Shown: in pieces, positions 46,095 through 55,633 of the stretch | How the letters are laid out: each line of letters opens with the position of its first letter | How positions within the stretch are numbered: the first letter of the stretch is position 1 | Virus record (IMG/VR): IMGVR_UViG_3300032030_000005 | Location: 160,001 to 224,000 of that record | DNA length: 64,000 bases | From: a virus | Lineage: Duplodnaviria > Caudoviricetes | Strand: one strand, 5' to 3' | Program-made: the position numbers and the translations under genes | Notes under the pieces: model-generated | The model's input: the letters and a program-made list of their open reading frames with translations, nothing else | What the model was told of the DNA's origin: nothing | Database searches by the model: none

Positions 46095-47819
46095 TTAATC
46101 TTTCTTATATGTAAAAATCATATTACCACAATCATATATTCTTTTATATATTTTAGTTTCATTCATTATTTGGAATTCTGTTTTATCATCTGAATATATA
46201 TCTGGAAACTTAGTTTTAAGAACTTGTTTCCTAAAACTATAACGATGAAATCTTTCTTTTGTATTTCTATTAAAATAAAAATAATTTGGTTGACTTATAT
46301 GATCTAAGGTAAAATTATTTTTTAAATATACACCGCCAACAGACCATCTTAAATCAGCATAAGTAATTAAATTTTCCCATTCATAATTATTCTTAAAATA
46401 GCTGAATAACTTACCGAATGAACCTAATACATTAAATTCATGTGCATTTGCAAATCTAGAAAGTTCATAATCATATTTAGTCTTATTCTTTTTATTACCT
46501 AAAGATACTTGTGGCTTTCTAAATGTCATAACAGATACTAATATATCTCCCTCTTCTGATGGATACCATAAACCTAATTTAATAGAAGCATTATCTGAAC
46601 CTTGTAAATGATTTTCTTTAAGAAAATCATTCTTTTCTTTAACTCCTATTTCTTCAATATAACATTTTCTAGCGTATATCTTTGGTAAATTAGTGTTTAA
46701 ACCTAATATGTGTTTAACTTTTCTTTCAACTATTTCATAGTTATCGTCATCAAATATATGAACTAATCTTACACCTGCAGCTTCACAAGCCTTTGTTTTA
46801 TTAATATGATAATTCTTATCTTTGAATTCATCACAGTGCCAATATAACCCATCTATTTCAAAAGCTATTTTCTTTTCAGGAACATAGATATCTAATTCTT
46901 GACCTTTTAAAACAGTCCTGTCTTTTTCAATAACTTTTAAATTAGAATTATTCTTAATCATATCAATTAAGTCTTTTTCATATTTAGATTGAGTTATTTT
47001 GTTTGCACATTTAGGACAACCAGTATTATGATGTAAAATATTATCTGGTATTGCTTTCCATACATGATTACATGCAATACATTTATGTTTAATAGCTGTT
47101 TTCTTATTAATATATGGTTCTAATGGAATTAATGGACTATTTATTTTTAATAATCTTTCTTCATATGAAAGATTATTAAAATCATCTCGCTTCATATTAT
47201 TACATGAAGGGCATACTCTAGTCTTTCCATGCATTCCTCCAGTAATATTTGCTGGAGAAGTTTTCCACTCATAGTTACAAATTCTACATCTATGTTTAAT
47301 AGCAGTATTTTCATTAATATAATCTTCTAAAACATCATATGATTTATCTTTACCAAAAAAGTTATCCAATTTTTCTTGATATTTTTCAGTAGTCATTTTA
47401 TGATTATTTCTTAAACAGTTAGCACATACTGGATGTTTTAATGAATGTAAAACCAAATTACTTGGTTTAGCTTCAAATTCATATCCACATTTTTTACATT
47501 TAACTTTTATTTTAGTTTTATAATTCATAAATGGAGTTATAAATTTATATGGATTTTCACCAAATAAATTAATAAGCTTATTTTCAAAGTCTTCTTGAGT
47601 AAAAGATAATTTTCTACCTCTGCCTGATAAAGTAGAACAATTAGGACAACCTGTACCTCTAGATATTAATTCATATGGTGCTTTTTTCCATACATGACCG
47701 CATGTATTACATTTAGTCAATATTGGAGTTTTTGAATTAATATAGTCTTCTAGAAATTCAAATTTATTTCCATGTTTTTCTATAAGTAATTCTTTGTAAT
47801 TTTCTTTTGTTAATTTCAT
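46095..47819 (-). CDS. free-standing putative homing endonuclease (Zn-ribbon repeats plus DUF559/PD-(D/E)xK-like domain)
   Basis: Four CxxC..(W/F)....CxxC modules; ELDIYVPEKKIAFEIDGLYWH; C-terminal YELSRF...ITYADLRWS...IYDCG. Confidence 0.8.
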   Translation of the reverse strand: MKLTKENYKELLIEKHGNKFEFLEDYINSKTPILTKCNTCGHVWKKAPYELISRGTGCPNCSTLSGRGRKLSFTQEDFENKLINLFGENPYKFITPFMNYKTKIKVKCKKCGYEFEAKPSNLVLHSLKHPVCANCLRNNHKMTTEKYQEKLDNFFGKDKSYDVLEDYINENTAIKHRCRICNYEWKTSPANITGGMHGKTRVCPSCNNMKRDDFNNLSYEERLLKINSPLIPLEPYINKKTAIKHKCIACNHVWKAIPDNILHHNTGCPKCANKITQSKYEKDLIDMIKNNSNLKVIEKDRTVLKGQELDIYVPEKKIAFEIDGLYWHCDEFKDKNYHINKTKACEAAGVRLVHIFDDDNYEIVERKVKHILGLNTNLPKIYARKCYIEEIGVKEKNDFLKENHLQGSDNASIKLGLWYPSEEGDILVSVMTFRKPQVSLGNKKNKTKYDYELSRFANAHEFNVLGSFGKLFSYFKNNYEWENLITYADLRWSVGGVYLKNNFTLDHISQPNYFYFNRNTKERFHRYSFRKQVLKTKFPDIYSDDKTEFQIMNETKIYKRIYDCGNMIFTYKKD

Positions 47820-47921
47820 TTAATTACCACCTTTTATAAATATATACATAGTATTCTATGTATATCTATAATATATATTTATAGAATTTTGTTTCGGTTT
47901 TATTTTAAATTAAAAGATAAA

Positions 47922-48011
47922 TTAATCTGAAATATAATCATCTATGTTAATTTTTGCTAGATGTATTGTACTGTCATGGAATGCTTTCATGCTTTTGTTT
48001 AATATGATACC
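47922..48011 (-). CDS. RNA polymerase beta' C-terminal subunit, exon 2 (trigger loop)
   Basis: GIILNKSMKAFHDSTIHLAKINIDDYISD*; MKAFH corresponds to the bacterial trigger loop MRTFH; too short for the ORF track. Confidence 0.8.
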   Translation of the reverse strand, partial: GIILNKSMKAFHDSTIHLAKINIDDYISD

Positions 48012-48337
48012 TTGTATTAGTTAGTATAACTCCGCCTAATTATACCGTTATATAAATATATAACCTCTATATTACTATAGAGCATAGACTATATCTTCAC
48101 CTGTATATGGATAATACAGTGTGCTCCCCATTTCGATTTAATCAGGAATTATATGATTATTACTCAATACCTGAACCTCAGTAGCTTAGGCTCTACTCTA
48201 CTTCCTTCTTCAAGTCTTTTTAGACTTTATGGTTTCGATAGTCGTTGAACGTTCCTTAATAAATAAGGCTTCGCTGCTGATTGTCCTTAATAGGAGTTTC
48301 CAGCAATTAAAGGAGTTTTACATCGGCAGTATTATTT
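48012..48337 (-). mobile_element. ORF-less group I intron in RNAP beta' gene (about 326 nt)
   Basis: P AATTGCTGGAAA, Q AATCAGCAG, R GTTCAACGACTA, S AAGATATAGTCT; P1 ATCGGT/GCCGAT with U.G; core closely similar to the terL intron; 3' boundary uncertain by 1 nt. Confidence 0.88.
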
Positions 48338-49459
48338 ACCGATTTCTGTAGTAAGCAATCCTATATTTTTACTACCCATTTTATAATAATAGTTTCCGGC
48401 ACATTTATTACATATCTTATCACCTTTACAATATAAAGGAGATCTCATTTTAACTTTCTTATTAAAGTATTTGCTTTTAGTTTCATCATTTAATTCAACA
48501 AGTTTATTTGTAGAAGGATCTAATACGTATCTATATAAGAAGTTCTTATAATCTCCTTCAGTTAATACAAACTCATAATAAAGCTTAGTACCACAATCTG
48601 AGCTTTCTTTATCTAATACCGATGATTGGAAACTTGTTGACATGATTTTATTTTGATAACCACCATCTTGTGTTTCTATGGCTTTGCCATATGTACCTGC
48701 AATACTCATATCACAGTAATATTTAAATTCTTCAGGTTTAATACCTTCATCAAGGTTAGTAGTAGAAATATATACTTCACCAGTTACGAAGTCTTTAACA
48801 GCTCCACGTATAACACTTGTATTCTTAAAGTTGTTACCAAAACTACCTCTACATCCACTATCATAAATCTGCATTGCAGGTGCATCTTTATATTCTTCTT
48901 TAGCCATGTCAAGTAATTCATTTTCTATTTTAGCAGTAATAACGCTATCACCATTTTTAAGAGCTGTATCATGTTCTTTAATTAATTCTGCTTTACGTTT
49001 AGCAATCTTAGGATTAGTAATAACAAAGTCTGCGCTCAATGAAGCATTTACAAATTTAGCACTATAAAATCCGAACCAATTTACTTTATTCATAAATTCA
49101 TTTACTTCATCTGCATCTATTGTATCTTTAGTATATAAAGCCACTATATCATTTAATAAACCATTAATTTTTTTATTATCAAATGCTTTATTCTGATATC
49201 CTATAAGATTTCCTAATTTTTCAGTAAGAATTAATACATTAAAAATAAATCTACCAACTTTAGTACTTTCAGCAGATTTATTATATAATTTATTGGCTGG
49301 TAATACAAAATAATCTTGTGGTGAATATTTAGGCTTTTTATTCTTAGTATAGGCAAAATATTCTTCAAGTAAAGAACCAGTTATATCATCAGATTTTAAA
49401 TTTATAAGTTCATTTACTTCATTTTCACTTAAAGATCTACCTTGTATAACTTTCTCCAT
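48338..49459 (-). CDS. multisubunit RNA polymerase beta' C-terminal subunit, exon 1 (probably virion RNAP)
   Basis: SGCRGS, bridge-helix-like GTYGKAIETQDGGY, Zn site DCGT...RSPLYC...ICNKCAG; late-type motif AACT-N6-TA at about 49485-49496(-). Confidence 0.88.
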
Positions 49460-49561
49460 ATTAACACCTTCTTTTTAAATATAATAATAAATAGTTGAAT
49501 ATTATATTTATATATTATATTCATGTTTTAATACAAATTAAAATTTATAGGAGGAAAAATT

Positions 49562-49870
49562 ATGACAGGAATTTACATTAATGATTTATTAAATATCTGG
49601 GAGCATAGACCGGACTATTGGTATTTAAAAATAGTTTTTACAGCCAATAATAAATATTATAGTACCAGCTATAGTTGTGATGACAGTAATTACGAATTTG
49701 TAAAAAATACATTAAAATCACTTGATCCATCTGAATATCAGATTGAATTAAGAGCTGGACATAGAGATGCTATTAATCCATCAACTGGTGAATTAATACT
49801 TATAGCTTTTCAGGTTAGATTATTATCTAATAGAGTAAAAGCATTATTTTTAATTAATAAAACTTTATAA
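49562..49870 (+). CDS. hypothetical protein, array B pair 1
   Basis: Paralog of next gene (IYI..LL..W...Y.IEL..G...FQVRL.S). Confidence 0.75.
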   Translation: MTGIYINDLLNIWEHRPDYWYLKIVFTANNKYYSTSYSCDDSNYEFVKNTLKSLDPSEYQIELRAGHRDAINPSTGELILIAFQVRLLSNRVKALFLINKTL

Positions 49871-49883
49871 GGAGGGATATTAT

Positions 49884-50207
49884 ATGTTTATCTATATTCA
49901 AAGTTTACTAGATGCATGGACATCACCATTTAGTATGGATGAAGGAAGATGGAACACACTAATGGTAATTTATCATAAAGATATGGACATATATCATGAA
50001 TATACTTATACAGAAAGTTATACAGATTTACTTGCTAATCTTGTAAAGTTTTTGTATTCTTTAGATAAAAATGACTATATGATTGAATTAAAACCCGGTG
50101 CGTATAGAATCTGTGATTCTGAAGGTCGTTTAATAGTACGAAACTTTCAGGTAAGACTTATTAGTGATAAAGCCAATGCTTTATATTTAACGGAGATGAA
50201 TTTATGA
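49884..50207 (+). CDS. hypothetical protein, array B pair 1
   Basis: FQVRLISDKANALYLTEMNL. Confidence 0.75.
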   Translation: MFIYIQSLLDAWTSPFSMDEGRWNTLMVIYHKDMDIYHEYTYTESYTDLLANLVKFLYSLDKNDYMIELKPGAYRICDSEGRLIVRNFQVRLISDKANALYLTEMNL

Positions 50208-50635
50208 AATTTGATTTTGAAGCTTTTGTAACAGCAAACTTATATCATATATTACATGGAGATTTTACAGTAATAGTAACACTTAATAAGCCAATATCTG
50301 TTAAGAAAATTCTCTATGTAAATGAAAGAAATATAAAAGATGCACATAACATTAGTACTAGATATTTAATATTAGAAAATAATGTTCTTATGAAAGCAAT
50401 TAAAGATTTATCAAATGAAGATGTTTATATAACTTCAAATGATGTTGAATTAAAAATATTTGAATCGTTAGCATGTTATTCAGTAGATGAAGATAATATT
50501 ACATTAACGTATACGCCTTCATATTGTGAATTTATTTTATTTATAACACCAAAAACAAAAGAAGCTAATGAATACTTTGAGAATTTAGTATACAAAGTTT
50601 TAGCCAAAGAAATGATAGAGGAGAATTTAGAATGA
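50204..50635 (+). CDS. hypothetical protein, array B
   Basis: MK..FE.F start; FITPK...EMIEENLE. Confidence 0.75.
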   Translation: MKFDFEAFVTANLYHILHGDFTVIVTLNKPISVKKILYVNERNIKDAHNISTRYLILENNVLMKAIKDLSNEDVYITSNDVELKIFESLACYSVDEDNITLTYTPSYCEFILFITPKTKEANEYFENLVYKVLAKEMIEENLE

Positions 50636-51003
50636 AAATAGGTTTTGAAGAATTTATTAAAATAAATATTCATGATATAATATCAGAAGGATATGTTGCA
50701 TTTGAAAGATTTCTTATTAAATTTGATGAACCAAGAAAAATAGCTAATATACAGAATATAAAATATGCAAATATATTAGATCCATCAGACGTTAAAAAAA
50801 TAATAGATCTATTTGATGATAGCGATATATCTATATCTTTTTCATCAGATGATTCTGAAGATAGATGTTTAACTTCTGATCTAGATTTATGGCATATAGA
50901 TAGTGTAACAGAAAATTACATATTTCTAACACCTAAGAGTGAAAGATTTATGGAGTTTATAGACAATATAATTGCAGAATTAATGATAGAGGAGAATTTA
51001 TAA
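50632..51003 (+). CDS. hypothetical protein, array B
   Basis: MKIGFEEF; IIDLFDD; FLTPKS...AELMIEENL. Confidence 0.75.
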   Translation: MKIGFEEFIKINIHDIISEGYVAFERFLIKFDEPRKIANIQNIKYANILDPSDVKKIIDLFDDSDISISFSSDDSEDRCLTSDLDLWHIDSVTENYIFLTPKSERFMEFIDNIIAELMIEENL

Positions 51004-51374
51004 TGAAAATTAGTTTTGAAAAATTTGTTAATGATCATTTAGATAATATTATTTTAAATTCAAATAATAAAACACTAATATTTTATATTAAACTTAGTGA
51101 ACCAATAACTATTGGAAATAATGAAGTTATTACACTTATCGACTTATACATTGATCAAGTTAGAGAAATAATAGATCTCTTTGATGATAATGATATCCAA
51201 TTATCTTTATATACAGCAATAACTTCAAAATTTTTAACAGTTGATGGAAGTTTAGAAGATGTAAGTGATCTAAATCTTGAAAACGTTGTATTCTTAGTAC
51301 CTATATCTGAAAAATCTAAAAAATATGTTAATGATATATTAGCTGACCGATTATTAACAATGAATTTAAAATAA
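51003..51374 (+). CDS. hypothetical protein, array B
   Basis: MKISFEKF; IIDLFDD; FLVPIS...LLTMNLK. Confidence 0.75.
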   Translation: MKISFEKFVNDHLDNIILNSNNKTLIFYIKLSEPITIGNNEVITLIDLYIDQVREIIDLFDDNDIQLSLYTAITSKFLTVDGSLEDVSDLNLENVVFLVPISEKSKKYVNDILADRLLTMNLK

Positions 51375-51399
51375 TGAATTTAAAAGAGGAGAATTTATA

Positions 51400-51948
51400 A
51401 TGTACTTTAACGATAAAGAAATATTTCAGCAAGTTTTATTTTCAAAGACAGAATTATATATCTATTTAAGTATTAACAGATATATAAATAATACTATGGA
51501 AGAATTTAATAAATATAATCAATGCTGTGAAAGTGTAAAAAATATTATAGATATAAAAGATATTAATTATATTTTACTAAATCCAACATCGGATGCTTTT
51601 AAAAGAAATCTTGAAGTAAACTATAAAAATATATTAACAGATAATTTAAAGTCATGCAGTAATTTCGATAAGTATTATTTTATAAATTTCTTTAAAGAAA
51701 ATTCATTCGATATTACTATTAATCCACCGTTCTTTGTAAGAGATGAACATTCATTCATCTATTTTACACAGGATTGTGAAGTTAAAAAAGACACAGCGAA
51801 AAGATTTAAACGGCATTTATATGATGATAAAGATTATGCTATATTAATTTTAAAACCAAGATCACAAGAAGCTATAAATTTTGCAAAAGGCATATGTGAT
51901 CTAATGTTTTCAATACTAGGAAAGGAAATGATAGATAAAAATTTATAA
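51400..51948 (+). CDS. hypothetical protein, array B
   Basis: LKPRSQEA...KEMIDKNL. Confidence 0.75.
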   Translation: MYFNDKEIFQQVLFSKTELYIYLSINRYINNTMEEFNKYNQCCESVKNIIDIKDINYILLNPTSDAFKRNLEVNYKNILTDNLKSCSNFDKYYFINFFKENSFDITINPPFFVRDEHSFIYFTQDCEVKKDTAKRFKRHLYDDKDYAILILKPRSQEAINFAKGICDLMFSILGKEMIDKNL

Positions 51949-51996
51949 AAAAAATTTAAAATCAAAAATATAATATATTAAATAGGAGGATAGCTT

Positions 51997-54795
51997 ATGA
52001 AAATTAATTATATCAAACTCGAAAATTTTATAGGTATCTATGCAGGTATGAATCGTACTTGCATTGAGATAGACTTTAAGAATAATAAAAATAATATCAT
52101 TATTCTTAATGCAGCTAATGGTAAAGGTAAGACTACTTTATTGTCAATGCTTCATCCACTTAGAGGCACAATGGACCAGAGGTCCGATATAGTCTTACCG
52201 AATGAGACAGGCCATAAAATAGTAGATGTTTCTAATAACGGAGACACTTATCATATAGAGCATTTTTATGGTAAGAAGAATAAGAGCTTTATATCCAAAA
52301 ATGGAACAGAGCTTAATGAAAATGGCAATATTAAGTCTTTCAATGAAATTGTTAAGGAAGAACTTGGTATTGATGAAGACTACTTTAAGTTAGGAAGATT
52401 AGGTTCTAATGTTTCTAACTTCATTGATTTTAAGTCAACTGATAGAAAGAAGTATATTACTGAGTTTATTCCTTCAATTGAGGAATATTTAATTGCATTT
52501 GAAAATGTAAAGGAAAAATATACTTCCTTCAATTCTCAAATAAAACTTATTAAAGGTAATATTGAAAAATATGCCGGTAATAAAGATGTCGATGAGATTA
52601 AAACATTCGTTAAGCAACTAGACAAAGATATAGTAGACTATCAAGAAAAAATCAATAAACTCACTAATAAGATAGATGGGTTTAAAGATGAAAAAGAAAA
52701 GATTGAAGGTAAGATAGTTGATTATGTCAATAATAAAACGGATTACTCTATCAAAGACTTTGATAAAGAAATCAATGATCTTACTCGGACAATAGACGAT
52801 GATGTTGATAAAATTGAAGCTGAAATGGATAAGGCTGAAGATAAATATAATAATTTTATTGAAGAAAATAAAATCCGAGTAACCGAAAATATAGAAGAAT
52901 ATATTAAGTCTCTTGAAATAAAATTTAATAATAGATTGGGTCAGTACGAGGAAGCAAGGAAGTCTTTAATTAAAGAGGAAAATGACACAAGAACAGCAAA
53001 GTTTGCTGCAAATGACAAAATGTCAGAATATACTCAGAAGTTAAAGGACCTGGACAATAACCTCACAGAAGATCAGCTTGAAAACGTCCAAAATGAACTT
53101 CTTAATTTAGAAGAGAAGATCAAGGATGCTAAGACTAAGCTTGAATATCAGTATAATTGTTTTACTGATAAAGAGATTGATGAAATTGAAGCTTTCTATA
53201 CTGATGATAGACCTACAGTTGATCCGACAAAAATAAATTTTATAGTTAAAGATATTATAGAAAAGTATGATGATATTAAAGCCGAATATGATTTAAAATA
53301 TCTTAATTGTTATTATGAATATTTAGAAAATTCTGAACCAGCAGTATCATCAAAAGTACTTAATAATAAAGTTATTGAGTTAAAAGATTTATTAACAAAA
53401 ATAAATGAAGATCTTAATAAAATCGAAGGTTCTTTAGCTTACGTTGATAAGACTCTTCCATTAAGATCAGAAAATTGTACTGATGATGGCTGTAGCTTTA
53501 TATCAGAAGCTCTTTCACTTAAAAAAGAGAATGAGCCAAAATATAAAGAACTTCTGGAGTTAAAGAATAAAAAACAAAAGCTTCTAAAAAGTTATGAAGA
53601 AAAATTTGATATAGCTTCTGTTAATGAAGCTATCGATAAAACTGTTAAATCTCTTGAAAAAGAGATTAAAAATGTTCTTCCAGAGTTTATATGCAAACAA
53701 ATCTTTGAAAGAAAATTATTGTTAACTAATAATACAATGATTATTGAAGAATTTAAAATAGATGCTCTTAATAATATATATTCTTTGAATGAAAAGCTTA
53801 ATACACTTAAAGATGCAAAGGATAAATTAGTTAATAAGATTAATTCTTATAATGCTTCTAAATCTTTAATTGATGAATATAATAATCAATTAAATGAAGC
53901 TAAAAAAGAGTATTCTGAAGCAGAGCAACATATGAATGATATATCAGATGCTATTACTGATATCGACATTAAGATAGAAAATGTTAAATTAAAGATTTGC
54001 ACATGTATTGCTTTTTACGATATAAACGATAAGCTAAAAGAAACTACTGAAAAGTATGATAAGTATGTAGCTCTTCAGAAAGATTTATTAGCATTAATAG
54101 TAGAATATAAGTTATTCATGAAGCATAATAGTATTAATGAATTAAACGAACAGCTTGATACTTATAAGAAGTCTTTAAAGGAGATAAAGACCAAGCATGA
54201 CGAAAATGCAACAGCTGTTACAATTATCGAAGATAATTTAAATAGCTTAAAGGGTCTTGAAGAAGACTTTAAATACTGCAATTTAATCAAAGAAGCCTTG
54301 AATCCTAAAAGTGGTATTCCTATGGTCTTTGCAGATAACTTCTTAAAATCAATCGCTGTAAAAGCTAATAATCTCCTTAACATAGCATATGAAGGACAGT
54401 TTATGATTAAATTCGATATCACTGCAACTGAATTTAATATTCAGGTATATAAAGGTGATGGAACAATGCTTAAAGATATTTCACTTGCATCTCAGGGTGA
54501 AACATCTTTAACAAACGTATCATTGTCTTTAGCTATGTTGGAAACAATGATAAAGGGTTATAATGTGCTCTATTTAGACGAAATTGATTGTACACTTAGT
54601 ACTGAAAATCGAAGACGTTTTATAGATATGTTATATACTCAATTAGAGACATTGAATATAGAACAGTGTTTTGTAATTTCACACAACAATGAATTCTATG
54701 ATAAAAATGTTGATCTTATTCTTCTTGAAGGACATGATTGTGATCTTAATGATCAGGACTTTATGAAAGGTAAGAATGTAATATTTAAAGTTTGA
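51997..54795 (+). CDS. sbcC: SbcC/Rad50-like SMC-family ATPase
   Basis: LENF, Walker A ANGKGKTT, long coiled coil with central CTDDGC, signature ASQGE, Walker B LYLDEID, ISH. Confidence 0.88.
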   Translation: MKINYIKLENFIGIYAGMNRTCIEIDFKNNKNNIIILNAANGKGKTTLLSMLHPLRGTMDQRSDIVLPNETGHKIVDVSNNGDTYHIEHFYGKKNKSFISKNGTELNENGNIKSFNEIVKEELGIDEDYFKLGRLGSNVSNFIDFKSTDRKKYITEFIPSIEEYLIAFENVKEKYTSFNSQIKLIKGNIEKYAGNKDVDEIKTFVKQLDKDIVDYQEKINKLTNKIDGFKDEKEKIEGKIVDYVNNKTDYSIKDFDKEINDLTRTIDDDVDKIEAEMDKAEDKYNNFIEENKIRVTENIEEYIKSLEIKFNNRLGQYEEARKSLIKEENDTRTAKFAANDKMSEYTQKLKDLDNNLTEDQLENVQNELLNLEEKIKDAKTKLEYQYNCFTDKEIDEIEAFYTDDRPTVDPTKINFIVKDIIEKYDDIKAEYDLKYLNCYYEYLENSEPAVSSKVLNNKVIELKDLLTKINEDLNKIEGSLAYVDKTLPLRSENCTDDGCSFISEALSLKKENEPKYKELLELKNKKQKLLKSYEEKFDIASVNEAIDKTVKSLEKEIKNVLPEFICKQIFERKLLLTNNTMIIEEFKIDALNNIYSLNEKLNTLKDAKDKLVNKINSYNASKSLIDEYNNQLNEAKKEYSEAEQHMNDISDAITDIDIKIENVKLKICTCIAFYDINDKLKETTEKYDKYVALQKDLLALIVEYKLFMKHNSINELNEQLDTYKKSLKEIKTKHDENATAVTIIEDNLNSLKGLEEDFKYCNLIKEALNPKSGIPMVFADNFLKSIAVKANNLLNIAYEGQFMIKFDITATEFNIQVYKGDGTMLKDISLASQGETSLTNVSLSLAMLETMIKGYNVLYLDEIDCTLSTENRRRFIDMLYTQLETLNIEQCFVISHNNEFYDKNVDLILLEGHDCDLNDQDFMKGKNVIFKV

Positions 54796-54800
54796 TAAAA

Positions 54801-54831
54801 AACTCCTTAAGGTTATTAGCCTTAAGGAGTT
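54801..54831. terminator. bidirectional CCTTAAG-family hairpin
   Basis: AACTCCTTAAGG/CCTTAAGGAGTT with A-run and T-run flanks, between convergent genes. Confidence 0.8.
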
Positions 54832-54837
54832 TTTTTT

Positions 54838-55086
54838 TTACTTATTTCTCCATGTAATGATTCCTGATGTTAAATCATATGGAGAAAGTTTAACTTCAAC
54901 TGAATCACCTTCAACAATCTGAATGTTATTCATACGAAGTTTTCCTGATAAAGTACATAATGCTTCTCTATTGGTGTTTTCGATTAATACCTTAAACTTA
55001 GCACCCGGAAGGCAATCAGTTACTTTACCATTAATTTCAATGTGTTCTTCTTTAACCACGTTTGTTTTTTTACTATTCTTTTTCAT
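54838..55086 (-). CDS. infA: translation initiation factor IF-1
   Basis: IEINGKVTDCLPGAKFKV...LSGKLRMNNIQIVEGDSVEVKLSPYDLTSGIITWR; start ATG 55086 after GAGGG. Confidence 0.93.
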   Translation of the reverse strand: MKKNSKKTNVVKEEHIEINGKVTDCLPGAKFKVLIENTNREALCTLSGKLRMNNIQIVEGDSVEVKLSPYDLTSGIITWRNK

Positions 55087-55119
55087 ATAAGTTTCCCTCA
55101 ATAATTTATATAGTTTCGA

Positions 55120-55608
55120 TTAACCCATATATGGATTAGTATTATTTAAATATCTGTTATCGAATGAATTTTTTTGTAAATTATCTACATATTTTTCATT
55201 CCTATTCCAATTATAATACTCTGGTCTATATGGCTGTGGAAGTTCATTTACTAAGTGATTTTCATTAAGAGGTCTTCCGTATAAATCTTCAGTCCTTCTA
55301 ATTGGTTCTTCTTCACTAAAATGTCTAAAATCATGTACAGCACACTGATCAAAATATTCTTCTTTAGTAAGAAGTTTTGGAGGCATTGGAGGAATAATTA
55401 ATACAGTCTTATCACCATTAGACATAGCTTCTACAATATGATCAAATACTTGAGCTATAGCAGCATAGTTTGGTGATTCATATAAACAGATACCTTCATT
55501 ACGAGTTGTTCCGATTACTTTATATAATGGAAGGTCCTCTTTAATTTTAATTCCATAAACATCATGGGCATAACGAGCGTCACGATCGTTTCTAATTACA
55601 GTAATCAT
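55120..55608 (-). CDS. hypothetical protein
   Basis: 162 aa; N-terminal region resembles that of 55634..57307. Confidence 0.75.
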   Translation of the reverse strand: MITVIRNDRDARYAHDVYGIKIKEDLPLYKVIGTTRNEGICLYESPNYAAIAQVFDHIVEAMSNGDKTVLIIPPMPPKLLTKEEYFDQCAVHDFRHFSEEEPIRRTEDLYGRPLNENHLVNELPQPYRPEYYNWNRNEKYVDNLQKNSFDNRYLNNTNPYMG

Positions 55609-55633
55609 CTGTAAAACCTTCCTTTCATAATGA

